DNA of 64,000 nt, taken from the NCBI GenBank assembly GCA_964016885.1, contig OZ024741.1, forward strand, positions 108,810,001-108,874,000, given 5' to 3'. A program made the position numbers and the translations under genes. The notes under the pieces are model-generated. The model was not told the origin of the DNA, made no database searches, and worked only from the letters and a program-made list of their open reading frames with translations. Below are positions 27,658-41,735 of the stretch, piece after piece; the first letter of the stretch is position 1, and the number at the start of each line of letters is the position of its first letter. This DNA is from Eledone cirrhosa (taxonomy: Eukaryota).

Positions 27658-27798
27658 AATAAACGAAGCTAAATTTTAATAATTTGACTTTTATTTAACT
27701 TTATTTTACACTACTCCGGAGTAACCAAACCAACCTGCGCACTTCGTTGAGTGCTCCAGCCTGCATACTGAGGTGTTGGTATACAACCAACATAAACT

Positions 27799-27829
<31 letters not shown>

Positions 27830-28590
27830 AGTGGAAGCTTAGTAAAATCGAAGCCTTGTCTGTGGCCAAGCTAACGACCTACAATTAGGGATGAGCAGCA
27901 AAGCACTCAATACGGTTGCAGCCCTTAGAGTAATAACATATGTTTAGAATTGCGGCAGGTAAACCTAGCCACACAATACGAAAACAACGAAAAAACTAAT
28001 CAGCTGACCTGGACAAATCGAACGATATTTTGCAATACGTCCGATAGGTTTCTATGAAATCGAAATCATCCATCCAACTTATGTAATATGTAAGCTTTTG
28101 GTATTCCATGATCGAACAGTGGATTCATGTCATCAACAGCAATTTAGTTCTATGCCTCAAGCCGCTGTGAAATGCAACGCCGAACGGCTACCGTTGGCAG
28201 CCCTCAGCGTTTCACTATCACGTGTTATTTCCAACAAGGGAAGTAACCTCCGGTTTTTGGCGGGCAAATTCAAAGTGTGAATAATGATAATCAATTCCAT
28301 CCCACATTCCGAAAGAAAAGCTCTCGACTAGACGTTATTAAACAAACATAAATAATTAACCAATCAATGGAATTGTCTAATTAAATTAGTTAATTAATTG
28401 TTATGTCTAGGAGATTATAATACAATTGGAAGCTTAGTAAAATCAAAGCTTTGCCTGTGGCCAAGCTAACGACCTACAATTTGGAATGAGCAGCAAAGCA
28501 CTCAATAAGGCTGCATGCCTTAGAGTAATAACATACGTTGAGACAGCTTGACAAATTGAAAATTGCGGCAGGTAAAGTGAGAGAGAAATA
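27830..28590. repeat. Unclassified ~600-bp interspersed repeat (family E) plus partial tandem copy (28427-28590)
   Basis: GGAAGCTTAGTAAAATC start duplicated at 27833 and 28428. Diverged homolog at 39960-40590. Confidence 0.55.
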
Positions 28591-31500
28591 TGAGCTGTCA
28601 GTGTAGATCTCCCCGTTGTATTTAGATCATCAAAACGAACTACCACAAACTGCTTATAATATTATTGGCCATTACACAGGTACGGCTTCAGTAAAATGTA
28701 TTTTGAATATAAAGCAGAGATATTTTTTAATTCAATTTTCTAGTATCGTAGCAAATATTTTGAATGAGAAAGAAGAAAAGAAAGATTGGGATTCTCTGTA
28801 AAAAAAAAGCACAAAAGGAAAACAAAATATGAAGTGATAACATGAGTGAGTGGAATAGAAAGGAATAAACAAGGAAAGGTGTACATAGAAATAGAGAAAG
28901 AGAGAAAAAGATAGAAAGAAAGGGAGAAAGAAAGAGGAAGAAATGGAGTGAGTGGGTAAAGGGAGAGATTTAGAGTGGATGTAACCATATAAATAATGGT
29001 TTCTAATTTAAGCAAGTTTTCAAGAACTTTAAGGGCAGAGAAAAATATAATTCCGAAGTCTCAAAGACAAATAGATGTTATTAAAAAAATTGTTGCCTTT
29101 CATCCTTTCGAGTGCAATAAAAATGTACTATCCACATACTGGAATCCCTTCTTTCTCATGTCCTCTCTATCATTTACTTTCTCTGACAGAAATCAGCTGT
29201 ATTTAGACACGGAGAGGGGAGAAGTCTATCAGGTTTAAAATGACCATGATATTTGTGACCTTAGTACCCCTATGATTCCATTAGATGGTACGGTTCCTTG
29301 CATGTGCCTCTGTCATCGAAGAGGTTAACCTTTTTGAAGCTATTTTAAATGTATTGAGCAGTGCGTTATATCCTTGGGCAAGACACCTTCACAATAGATC
29401 GTTCCAGTCAACCCAACTGAAGAAAATGAGTACAACGGTAGTCCAATATTATGATTTTAATTTACGACGAATTCCTGTCATCTCCAGATGGAAGGTTTTT
29501 ACTCTCAATCACATACCACCAGGAAAACTTTGATAATCTCCGACTTGATGAGTTTCTAGGCTCGAGACATATTAAAAGGTCATTAAAAGGAGATTTTGAG
29601 TGGGGGTGGGGAGTCGTAGGTGTAGTGACATACAGTGTTTTGGGGGTACTTTTCACACTTAGCGAAGCTCATCTCCTCTCAAGGTCTAAGAAAGAGAGGG
29701 CGAGAGAGAGGGGCAGTGTGCGTGTGTGTGTGTGTGTGTACGCGTGTGTGTGCGTGTGTGTGTACGCGTGTGTGTGTATATGTGTGTGTGTGTGCGCGCG
29801 TGTGTGTGTATGTGTGTGTGTCTGTGTGTAATAGAGACAGAAATTGAGAAACAATCGACCCCATTACTGGAATGCTACTTTTTATCGACCATAAAAGAGG
29901 GGAAGGCGAAGTTGACTGTGTAGAGAGCCGGAGCGAATACCATAAAGCATTCTATCCGACAGCCTAACAATTCTGTCATTTTGCCGCCTCGACTTGGTGT
30001 TATTTCAAATATCAGCATGGTTGATTTGTTTTTCGAGGATTGTGTATGATTCCATCAACAACAATCTTCGAATTAAAAAATGGGCTGCCTTCGATCAGTA
30101 AAAGAGAAACTAAGAAAGTAACTCTGGCAATAGTTTAGCCACTGTCATAGTTAGAATTGTCACAATGTTAACAACATCAACCTATAAAGCTAAATTAACG
30201 AATAATGAATATAAAGATGGCACCAGACTGAATTAATATATTACTGTAACATCTCACAAGTTTCCGTATACATTGTTCAAAGTGTTCAGCGAGGTCATCT
30301 TTTCTTTTCCATTTACCCTAGCCGTATTATTGAAATATGTCTCTTGTTAGAAACAATTCAATGTTCCGCTCTATAAAATGTGGCTGTTATATTTTTACTC
30401 TAAAAGAGAATACGACGGTAATCAATCATCTTTATCCACAAGGTCCTCACCATCCTTCTCCGTGTCATCATTATCATCATCATCATCAACATTATCATCA
30501 TCATTATCATTATCATCATCACCATTATCCTCACCATCATTATCATCATGCTTCTCATCATCATCAACAACACAATACTCATCAACATTGTATTATTATT
30601 ATAATTATCACCAGCATAATGCTGCTTATACATTGTCTAGTAAAACTGACATTTCTGGTTCACGAATATATCTATTTCTTGATCTACATTCAGTGGACAG
30701 TTATGTAAGAAATCAATACATTAAACACATTCTGGGGGAGATTTACTATAGATGAATCTGTCTAATGGGCAACTTTAATTCCATAAGATTTTGTGTCCGA
30801 ATTGTTTTCGTTGATATCAACATTTACTGAAATGTTCTCTAATAAAGAGTTTAGATATTGGTATCAGTTTTATAGGGAATATTAATATTATTCACTTCAT
30901 ATTTAGTTTCAACAGGTGAAAACACTATATATATATATCATTATATAACGGCGACTACATAATATCGCAAAGTAGTGATAAAACAATATATGACAGCACT
31001 AAATATGTTATGACTATATACAATATAACCCTATACATGATATCAATATATACTGCCATCACGATATAATACAACTGTAGGAGATATTACTCATTATGAC
31101 GAAACTGTATTGTGATATTTCTTTATCATCACTAGGATGTATTAAAAGTATCAGTTTGCAAGTTATTACTATATAATAGAATTCTATCTAATATATCGCT
31201 ATATGCAATATCATTAACCATGATATCAGTATGGAAAATATGACTATATAATACAAATATAACTTTTATTTGGAGCGGGGAAGGGTGTATAAAGAAGTAT
31301 TAATTTTATGCCACAGTCCATTTATCTCCCGTAAAGTAGCGGCCAGACACATAGCATTCGATTAAATGATCGCGAGACTAAGATATCTAGTGAGGTCGAT
31401 ACGATAGTGGAAAACAATAAAGGTGATGATGTCTCAGCATGACTGGAGTTTCATTAATGAAATCAGTAGGAATAGAGAGAGATAGGAGAGAGAGAGAGAA

Positions 31501-31914
31501 AGAGAGAGGGGGTGAGAGAGGAGAGGGGGTGGGAGAGGAGAGGGGGAGAGTATATGTGTGTATATGTGTGAAAGATCTGCATATACACTGCAGTTAAAAA
31601 TAATTTTATGATACCAAAACTATATGTTAGCTTCAGCTTAATAACGTCTGTCTTCCCCATACACATGATTTGTGATTATCTGTGGTTGGTTAATGGAATA
31701 TATGGATTCGGCTCGCTATTTGGTTTACGGTATTTTCTGAGCGTTGTGTTTACGTGTTAGGGTAATCAACTATCTCCTTCGAAACCCACACAGACTCGCA
31801 GGCAGAGAGGCAGAGAAAAGAACCCAACGAGAGGAACAGAAAATGAAACCACAACGAATCGGAGAGGTTTCAATCTCGTGTCGTTTAATTCTGAAAGCTT
31901 GATAGAAAATTGTT

Positions 31915-32105
31915 AAATAATTGTTTCTACTTTTGGCACAAGGCCAGAAATTACTCCAGTGTATTACTGGTACTTTATTTTATAGACCCCGTAAGGATGA
32001 AAGGCAAAGTTAACCTCGGTAGAATTTGAACTCAGATCATAAAGGGCCATAACTCTATGCTGCAAGGCATGGCGTACGACCCTCTAGCGATACTGCCATT
32101 CCACC
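31915..32105 (-). mobile_element. SINE family 1
   Basis: Matches 1253-1440. Confidence 0.85.
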
Positions 32106-33086
32106 GCTGAAATGTTAAATAATAAAAGCATAGCATTCTCATGTTAGGTATCACTTTAACATGAAGAACATTGAGTAATAAGTTGTATCTAATCTTGACA
32201 AATATTATAGTTGAAGGAATATACATCTATATATGAGATCATGAATGTTCCTGTTCATGAGAATGTTTGCGTATAATTGTGTGGGTGCCTGTGAGTGTGT
32301 GTGCGTGTGAGTGTGTGTGTGAAAGAATGTACATCTGTATTCCTATCAACAACTGGAAACAAAGGTTAAATGTCTAGCTGGTTGTTGATAAAACGACGAC
32401 AACCTTGATAGAGATGTTTCTCAATGGCGATACCACATGTCTTTTTGTCGGTGAGGTTACAGAGAGAAGTGTGTATGTAAGCATATATATATATATTTAT
32501 ATATATATTAAGTTATATAAAGTTTAATATAGAAAAGGATTGTACAGGGCGACGAGGACTATTTCATTCAAAAGAAATCATATTAAACTTGTTTACACTC
32601 TACTAATGTATTAAGTACCTTACTCTCTGTCATTATCCCCGATTGAACCTGGGACTCAGAGAAACACACACACTAACACATGCACATACACACATACACA
32701 TACATATATATATAAATATCTGTGTGTGTGTATTTATGTGTGCTTGTGCATCTGTGTGTGTGTATGTATGTAAGTAGGTTGTTTCCTTTTAATAGTGGAG
32801 GTGGCTGCAATAAGAGTATACAGTGATACGGCAGTGTGTATATATAAAGTTGATACAATGGAGATTCACTTTAAAATGTATTTATTGAACTGTTATATAT
32901 AATTCACAGATGATTGGCTCGAAATCGTCATCGATATGATAGACATGATTTCATCATCGAATCTGTTCCGCAGACCTCTGGACTCAATGAAAATATTTAC
33001 ATCTCCAGGGAATCATATATGAAACATACAATAAATCATTTTAAAAGAAACTTCGTCATATCAGACTTCGCATATACACACACACA

Positions 33087-33160
<74 letters not shown>

Positions 33161-33466
33161 CAGACACACACATATATATATATGTGTCAGTATATTCGCT
33201 ATTTTTTATTAACTACTCACTACCTTATATTTTCTGTATGTATCCTTTTTGATCCTGTCTTTACTTTTATAATCCTTAAGAATGGCTAAAGCCAGATATC
33301 GCGAACTTTCTTCCCGCTTTTCCATATAACGTGTGAAACTAATAAGACTTTTTCTCTCTGTTTAGTCATTTCTTTGAACTATATATAGATATATATATAT
33401 ATTTCGTTTCTGAATTTGTTTAGCAAGATTCTATATCTTATTGGCAAACTGACCCTCCCAAAGTAT

Positions 33467-33511
<45 letters not shown>

Positions 33512-36344
33512 TACCCATCTTTAGTTGATCCTCAGTAGCTAAAACTCCATCTACATAGATTGGTTACGAGAGGTATAGCTGGGATTCCTTAAAGTATTAG
33601 AATTTAAAATCACCATGCAAACATCTTGCTAGTGCAAATTTTCTGAAAATCTCCCTATAATTATATAATGTAAATATATAGACTTACATATGAGTACCCA
33701 ATTCTGCATTACAAAGATAAATGCCTGTCAGTACGAGCGTGTGCGTATATGTTAATGAGTATATAGAGGTATATTGATAATATATACATAGATAGACAAA
33801 CATTCAATAGTTTTGTTTTTCTCAGCAATGTTCTAACGATAAAATGTATTCTATACTAGAGTTACAGCCTCTATATCTCATCTATTCTTATGTGTAGGTT
33901 TTTTTTTCTCTAATTGTTTCCGCTTATTTTCTCCCGACGCCTTTTGCAAAATCGCATTCAATCATTTTTATACACATTATATAGATCTCATTAGCAACCA
34001 TCGCTAGCATCCATGTACGTTTCGTTATTTGATGAAGTGAAATACGTTTTTGAATCAGCTGGTCGGTGTCCTTAAGGATATCTGTCTAAAGAACTTAAGA
34101 GCCATTTACAGAAAATCTAATTGATTTACGTTAAAAGACGCCTCCATACATCCAATCACTGATGAGTTGCTGCCATGGGAGCCATAAATCTTCTGGATCT
34201 TACAAACAAAAGGTTCGAACACATCACGAAGAAAAAAAAACAGGCAACAACATCATGCCATATATAATTTACAAACACTGCCTGTTTGTAGGATTACTGC
34301 AAACATCACGGAAAGAAGAAACCCATAATACAGGACCGGTGCATGGAAGAAGATTTGGAGGTACATAAGGAGAAGAATGGAACATATATTTATCAGTTTC
34401 AGTCGTTGTCCCTATTTAACGTATAGGGGAAAGTGGTTTTCGAGTGTTAGATAAAATAATCTCCTTGTTCCTAGAATAAATGATATTGTAAGTTCGTTCT
34501 GCCAACATGTAACCCTGTTCAACTGCAACATCCTCTCGGAGCATTGTTGGGGAGGCGGGTAATTTTTGAACACCATGCAAGATTAAAATCAAACCCGTCA
34601 AACAGCTGTCAAATTCCGGAAAGTCAACGGCCAGCATATATGGATAGTCAGTGCTCGTTATCCTTGGTTGGCAGTATGTCTAAAAAAAGGATCACTCTGA
34701 TTTTAAAACCAGGGTAGACAGGGCTAATTAGTTGATAATTTCAAGTGACAAACGACTTCATCTTTCTGATGAAGGTGAATCAGCTGCTATCCAGCTTTTG
34801 ATTAATGGCAGGACGGGATCTCTAAACACACTGATGTCGATTGATTTTTCATATAGATTGTCCCTGAATGGGGAAGGAAGAGTCACAGACACCCTAGACC
34901 CAGAATGAATGAACTAATTGATATAGCCTTTCCGAAAGTTGCTGTTCATGACCCCCCAGGATGATGGGGAGTGCACAGGCAGATGATTTACAGCTCCATT
35001 GAAATTTTAAAAAATTGGAAAGAAAAGAACTTCAGGAGTTTTGGCTTGACCAGACAAATTCATATGAATTAGACACCATGCACCTTATATATAAAGCATT
35101 AGACATTTTACACATGTCACAAGGAGGAAGGGATCATCTCATGCGATGCTTTGGATCTGTAATAATGGGTATCATGAACAATTGGTAAGCTTTTTAAAAT
35201 AGGTATAATATGATGTACCATTATTTCATTCCTCTTTTATTTGGTGGAGAGAGGTGTAGGAAGTTACTCAGAAATAGTGAAAAAAAGAAAATAAATTGCA
35301 CTACTGCAATTGTACTTATATATAGAGGAAACTACTGCCATTGGGGAAACATGAAAACAAGCGAAAATACGGTTGCAGGAATCATACTGGCAACGTCAAC
35401 TGAACAGCAAAGCATCGAAATGTTAAACTATGTCCTTAATACGAGGTCAGATTAAGAAATTTCAGTTTGAAATTGAAGGAGAGAAGATTTCGACAGTAGG
35501 GGATATGACAATTAAGAGCCTTTATCGTATCTATGCAGTGCTCCAAAATGAGGCTAAAAAGGGTATTGAGATAGAGGCCAATGCCAAATAGGGATTAATT
35601 TTCATTGAAGACAATGCTTCGGCAGCGAAATATGAGGTGTAATGTTCCCAAACCTTACAGTCGTGAGAGCAACATTCTAACCACTCTGCTGAACAGCAGT
35701 CAATTGCTGGTATTTATTTAATCAAATGTAGCTTCGATCAATATGTATGGCCTTGCGCCAAACTTAGGCATCAATATTTCACATAAGAAGCGTTACATGT
35801 AAGAAACACCAAAATAGCTGAAGTTGTTCATAGCTCAAGAGTTCATCAATTTCTAGTCTATAAATATGTTTCCTATAACAATCGCTCACAAAAGTGGTCG
35901 GACATGGACACGGACACATATTTTTAGCTGCACTAAATCCTAACTACTTTACTACACCAATATACAAGTTGACCGGAAGAATGCACTTTAAAGAAGTCTC
36001 AGCAAGTATAAGTACACTATTTATATGTTATTGATATATCACATTATACAACCTGAGAAAATAGAAAAACATTCTACATCTTAACGCAAATAAACGCATA
36101 TACAACGACATAAACCCTTACACACAAACATACTTACAAACTCATACACACATCAAACACAATCATAAAACTGCGTATATATAGTATATGGGATTCAGTG
36201 AATTACTGGTTGTGATACGAAAATTAGCAGTCGATGCACAGGCAGATTGTATAAATTAGGAAAAACGCCGAAGTTTCACAGTAAAACCTAAACTTCATCG
36301 TTTCTCTCCCCCCTCTTTGTCTCTCCCCGTCTCTCTCTCCCTCC

Positions 36345-36406
<62 letters not shown>

Positions 36407-36432
36407 TATTTATTAAAATAACAGATTATTAT

Positions 36433-36464
<32 letters not shown>

Positions 36465-36468
<4 letters not shown>

Positions 36469-37084
36469 CGTTTCTGAATTTGTTTAGCAAGATTCTTTAT
36501 CTGAAATCGTGTGTTGAAACCGATATTGTTATACTTTGGGAGGGTCATGTTGCCAATAAGAAACACACGCACCATCACAACTTACAATTAAGGACAAAAT
36601 GAAAACACACACACACATAGAACAAACAACTTACAATTGAAAACACACACAAAATGAAAACACACACAGGACAAAATGAAAACACACACACACATAGAAC
36701 AAACAACCAACCAACAATAAATAAATAAATAAATAAATAAACAAATAGAAAAATGAACACAAACACACACAGACACCCGGATGTGGCGCATGCGCAAACT
36801 GAGTAACACAACACACACACAGAAACAAAATGGCGTAGGATAGAAGAAAGGAAAGGCACAGAAACGAAGAAAGGAATCCCCAGTCACTGAAGAGGTCACA
36901 GAGTGTGTGACGAAAGGACTATGGCTATATATAAACAACTATCTGGTTGTGGAACCAACCAACCAACCAGAAATTTATAAGTTTGTAGATTTGTAAATTT
37001 ATAAATTTATAAATATATAATAAATTGAAGTGAAAGCAACTGGTGCGTGTGTTTCTTATTGGCAACATGACCCTCCCAAAGTAT

Positions 37085-37090
<6 letters not shown>
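36465..37090. mobile_element. Longer family G element with inverted termini and an HHR
   Basis: 36523-36574 pairs with 37040-37090. Bounded by (TA)n. Confidence 0.75.
36882..36926 (+). ncRNA. Minimal type I hammerhead ribozyme (family G)
   Basis: agtca-CTGAAGA-ggtcaca(gagtg)tgtgac-GAAA-ggac-TA-tggct. Confidence 0.75.
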
Positions 37091-37145
<55 letters not shown>

Positions 37146-37231
37146 CAGAGTGATCCTTTTGTTTCCACTCTCTGATTTGACGAGGATCTTGTCGATCGAA
37201 GCCAATATATATATATATATATATAAATATA

Positions 37232-38066
37232 TTCATTAGTTAAGCAAAACAAGACCACAAATTTCACAAGGAAGATATTATTAAAAGATTGTCAACATAT
37301 TTTAGTTTGATGTAAGGAATGTAGAGAATAATAATAATAATATTAATAATAATAATGTCCGTTTACAATTCTTTCGCTACTCCATATAATATTTCTGGAT
37401 CAAATGATTATAGATCATTATTGATCTGGTTCAGTTGAAAATAATTAACTTAGGTAAAATTAGAGCAGCTCATCGGAACTTCAAAAGGAATATCAATTTA
37501 AATAAGGAAAGAATGTTACATGAATGTAATGTTCCATATATTGGTATTTCACTATGGTGTCCTGGGTATATCTATTGTCTGCCATAGTCGAGCAGTATTC
37601 TTCTGTCGAGGCTGCATTGTGTGAGATCTGCCTATGAGTAACAAGATAGCCGCCAATGGACATATTTACCTTACTAATTAGAGGGTGGTTTCAGGGGAAG
37701 TAACTCCTCGAGAGATTAGAAATTGTGGGTAGATTATAGTTAAGAAGTGCTAATTGTAAACGGACATTATTATTATTAATATTATTATTATTATTCTCTA
37801 CATTCCTTATATCAAACAAAAATATGTTGACAATCTTTTAATAATGTCTTCCTTGTGAAATTTGTGGTCTCGTTTTGCTTAACTAATGTATATTTCCAGC
37901 TCTGTGCACCTAACTTCTGCATGAACCCAGCCATCTAGCTGCCTTCCACTGCATATTGCACACTGAGCACATGCCTTTACGCTTTGGCTTCTAACTAATT
38001 CACCAATCTCTCTTCTCCTATCTCCTCTCCTATCTCCATCTCTCTTTAAGATTGGTTATTCTTGAA

Positions 38067-38070
<4 letters not shown>
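37232..38070. mobile_element. Fold-back element (arms 37232-37370 / 37752-37890) with an HHR in the spacer
   Basis: ~138-bp inverted arms with TA flanks. Confidence 0.7.
37361..37479 (-). ncRNA. Hammerhead ribozyme with long stem-loop II, slightly degenerate
   Basis: gtt-CCGATGA-gctgctcta...tggagtagc-GAAA-gaattg-TA-aac. Confidence 0.6.
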
Positions 38071-38150
<80 letters not shown>

Positions 38151-38658
38151 GGGGTAGTTTACTACGTGGCGTTCTTAGCATAAAGATATACGATTTCATA
38201 TTTTCAGTACCCTTTTTATCTGCTTAACCTTAATATGCTCCTATTTCAAATAGTAAATATACCAGAAAAGCCCTCACAACTTTCACCAGGAGACCGCTGT
38301 TTGAGAAAATGTGAATACAGACAGAATGACATCAGATCAATGATTTCAGATTATCAACCTCATATAGGTTTATGTGTGTGCGAGTGGGTGTGGGTGGGTG
38401 TGTATCCGCCCGCGCATATTTGTTTGTGTGCGTGTTAGTGGAGGGGCTGTCTGTTGGTACTGAGTGGCTATTCATCAACTGCTCTCTCTGATAGTCAATA
38501 TAAAGCCTGCTTTGATACGACATTACATCAAGCATTTACTACTCTCCAAACAAGACATGATCCCCCCGATGTTTGAGTTACATAAGCATTATTCAGAGTG
38601 CACCACTCTGTGGTTCCGTTAGCCGCAAATATCAAATCTGAATCCATGATATGTTGCG

Positions 38659-38824
38659 TTTATTTCAGCAATCTGTACATATCCGTCTATAGGATTATAG
38701 AACAAACTTTTTGCCACTAATAATTCCCAAAGACTTTAGCTCCTCCCAGCTCTTTGGGAATTATTAGTGGCAAAAAGTTTGTTCTATAATCCTATAGACG
38801 GATATGTACAGATTGCTGAAATAA
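38659..38824. repeat. ~74-bp inverted repeat with ~19-nt loop
   Basis: Arms 38659-38732 / 38752-38824, directly visible. Confidence 0.9.
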
Positions 38825-38855
38825 ACAGACACATACACACAGAAGTACACATTCA

Positions 38856-38940
<85 letters not shown>

Positions 38941-39664
38941 GTGGCATACCACTTACTGTGGACTGCGCGAGTTCTTTTATTCAATTTTTTATTCATGTAA
39001 TTTTCTGTTCATGTAATAGATTTCTGAAAAGATTTTAACTGTTATATAACAGTTACCATCGAGCTGAGTATAACAGCGAGAATGTAATCAATAAAATCAG
39101 GTAAAATATAACCTAATATATATAGTTGTTGAAGGCAGTTACCTACGTTCACTAGTATCGGTAGATTTAAAAATACAAAATAAATCAAGCATATATCTAT
39201 ATATATATATACATATACTTATTTAGCCTGGGTTAAGCCATTTTATCCGTTTGGACGAAGCTCGTTGAAGAAGTAAATTTCCTGTCCGCTGAATTCTAGA
39301 AGTCTTATATATTTATATGTGAGCTGATAGAGAATAGTTTAAGGATTTACAGAAACCCAAGAAGCTAGATTTAACATCTTTCACAGCGGGTCCGGGTATG
39401 CATTTTACATTCATTTAATTTATTGAATTATTGATATTTTTTATCTGAGTGTCCCGAATCTTCCGTTATCGTATTTTTCGATCGTGCGGTTGATTATAGA
39501 CTTGTTCTATGTGTGACGGTATTTTAACGATAGTTATAGCTCTGATTTATCTAAATCAGCGAGCACTCTGCCGCTCATATCGAATTTTGTTTATCGTGAA
39601 CTCGTATGCCGATTTTTCGATACTCGATCATTCTAATATATATATATACATATATAAATATATA

Positions 39665-39880
39665 TATATTGTTATACTTTGGGAGGGTCATGTTGCCAAT
39701 AAGGAATACATGGACCAGATGCTTTCACTCCAGTTTCTTATAAATTAAAATTGTAACTTTAAGAATTTATAAATTTCCGGTTTCTTATTGGCAACATGAC
39801 CCTCCCAACGTATAACAATATAGGTTTCAACACACGTTTTCAGATAAAGAATCTTGCTAAACAAATTCAGAAACGAAATA
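39665..39880. mobile_element. Family G fold-back insert in (TA)n
   Basis: Matches 21627-21830. Confidence 0.7.
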
Positions 39881-39895
39881 TATATATATATTTAA

Positions 39896-39958
<63 letters not shown>

Positions 39959-39959
39959 C

Positions 39960-40589
39960 AAATTTTAGTACAGCATTAACGAAGCTTTAGGCTGCTGCTA
40001 AGCTAACGAATGCAAATTCGGAATGTAGCGTTAGCACTCGATGGAGAATAATACCCCAGAGTAATAACAATACGTTTAGACAGCTTTGCAAATCAAATAT
40101 AGCGATCGGCAGTCCAGCCGCATTGCCATAGCAACGAAAAAGACTGGACTCAGGAAAAGATTTTTGACTGACCTTGACCATCACGCGGAGACCGAATGCA
40201 ATACATAATGCATATCGTATAGCATACGATATACATCACATATAACATACAACATCTACGCTAGGTTTCTGTAAATCCGAGATCGACTAATTCCGCTTGC
40301 AGGGGTCTGAAAGTTAATGCCCTTTGACGACAGAACAAAGGATTTACTTCGTCAACAAGTCTTGCGTTCTATAGCCTCAGCGGGTGTATTCTAGCAGTAA
40401 ATTTCGCTATAGACACGTGGTTTTCTCCAAGGGAGGTAACCCCCGTTTTGGCGGTGAATTCGAAATTTGAGACAAAGGAATGAAATTCCTTTAGACAAAC
40501 CGAATTAAGCACTCAACCAGAAGTTATCAAACGAACATAAACAATTAATCATCAATAGAATTGTCTAATTAAATTAACCAGTTAATCGT

Positions 40590-40590
<1 letters not shown>
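39960..40590. repeat. Family E interspersed repeat, diverged copy
   Basis: Shares AAGCTAACGA, AGAGTAATAACA, AAGGGA.GTAACC...TTTTGGCGG and GAATTGTCTAATTAAATTA with 27830-28410. Confidence 0.55.
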
Positions 40591-40653
<63 letters not shown>

Positions 40654-40784
40654 GTGAGGTTTTTTTTACAAAATGAAAAATAACCGAGGTGTCCTACACG
40701 AGTGGAAGTATAAAGAAAAAGGGATGAAATCGAAAATGCAACTGAAGTCTTATTTTTTTTTTAAATATATATATTTATTTGGTT

Positions 40785-40822
40785 CCTTTATCGGTTTCGC
40801 AGTTCTTCTGCTTTTCAAAAGG
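40785..40822 (-). ncRNA. Minimal type I hammerhead ribozyme, U3-A8 variant
   Basis: cctt-TTGAAAA-gcag(aagaa)ctgc-GAAA-ccga-TA-aagg. Confidence 0.7.
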
Positions 40823-41004
40823 TGAGTTGAGATGGAGGGTCTGTGGTTTTTCTCACATGTGAGAAAAACCACAGACCCTCCATCTCAACTCACCATGTTT
40901 GTTTACTCCGGAGTAATGTAAAATAAGTAAGTCAAACATGTAGTAAATGTTACATGTTTGACTTACTTATTTTATATATATATATATACATATATAAATT
41001 GTAA

Positions 41005-41735
41005 AACTAGAAATGTAGTCTGTAGCATAAGATGTACAGAGGGTACTTACAGAAATATGACAACGACATACATAGGTGAGACAGTATAGAAGAAAGAATA
41101 GACCAATACTGGGGGGAATTAAAAGGACAAAAAAACGGTTCAGTACTATATGAACGCGCCAGACAAAGACATGAAGGTAATATAGCCAGCATAGAAATTA
41201 AAATAATATCCAAGCATAGAAATGACTCAACAGGTAGGCAAATCAGAAAAGCAACTGAGATAGAATTAAGAAGACCGAAGTTGAACAGAAAGAACGAATG
41301 GAATAACAACAACAAACTTACCCAAACAAACAATACTGACTTAAGGGAAATATAAATAAATAAATTTATAAGTATATACACAAGTACAATAACAACAAAC
41401 ACATATAAACACACACTAGTGAACACAAATAGAATACAAAAACAAAAACATATACACTCAAATAAAAATGGCGTAGACTTTACAATACAATGCGAGGAAA
41501 CATGCGAGGAAACTGATGATGTTGCAGATGTGTGACGAAAGAACTTCGATTGACTATATATATATTATTTATATCTGTATTTTTAACCGTTGGTCAATCA
41601 ATGATAGACATTGATTGCTAAATAAATTAAATATGGAGATATAAAAGATACAGAAACGAAAACCAGCCCAAACCAAACAGTGAGTGTGTTCTCTTATTAT
41701 TTCTGGCAATATTTTAACAATATGACCCTCGCCAA

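Larger units (their letters stand above)
26083..27802. mobile_element. PLE-like 3' region as a ~580-bp inverted repeat (26083-26665 / 27127-27710) with spacer, in (TA)n
   Basis: Near-identical inverted arms (the same 66-aa ORF appears on both strands), each with an HHR. TA tracts at both ends. Confidence 0.8.

Noticed and set aside
30337-30755. His-rich / Ser-rich ORFs
   Set aside because: Derived from a degenerate (CAT)n microsatellite.
34700-35160. Possible Helitron PIF1 helicase remnant (RLHLSDEGESAAIQLLING, NELIDIAFPK)
   Set aside because: Too degenerate to support without a profile search.
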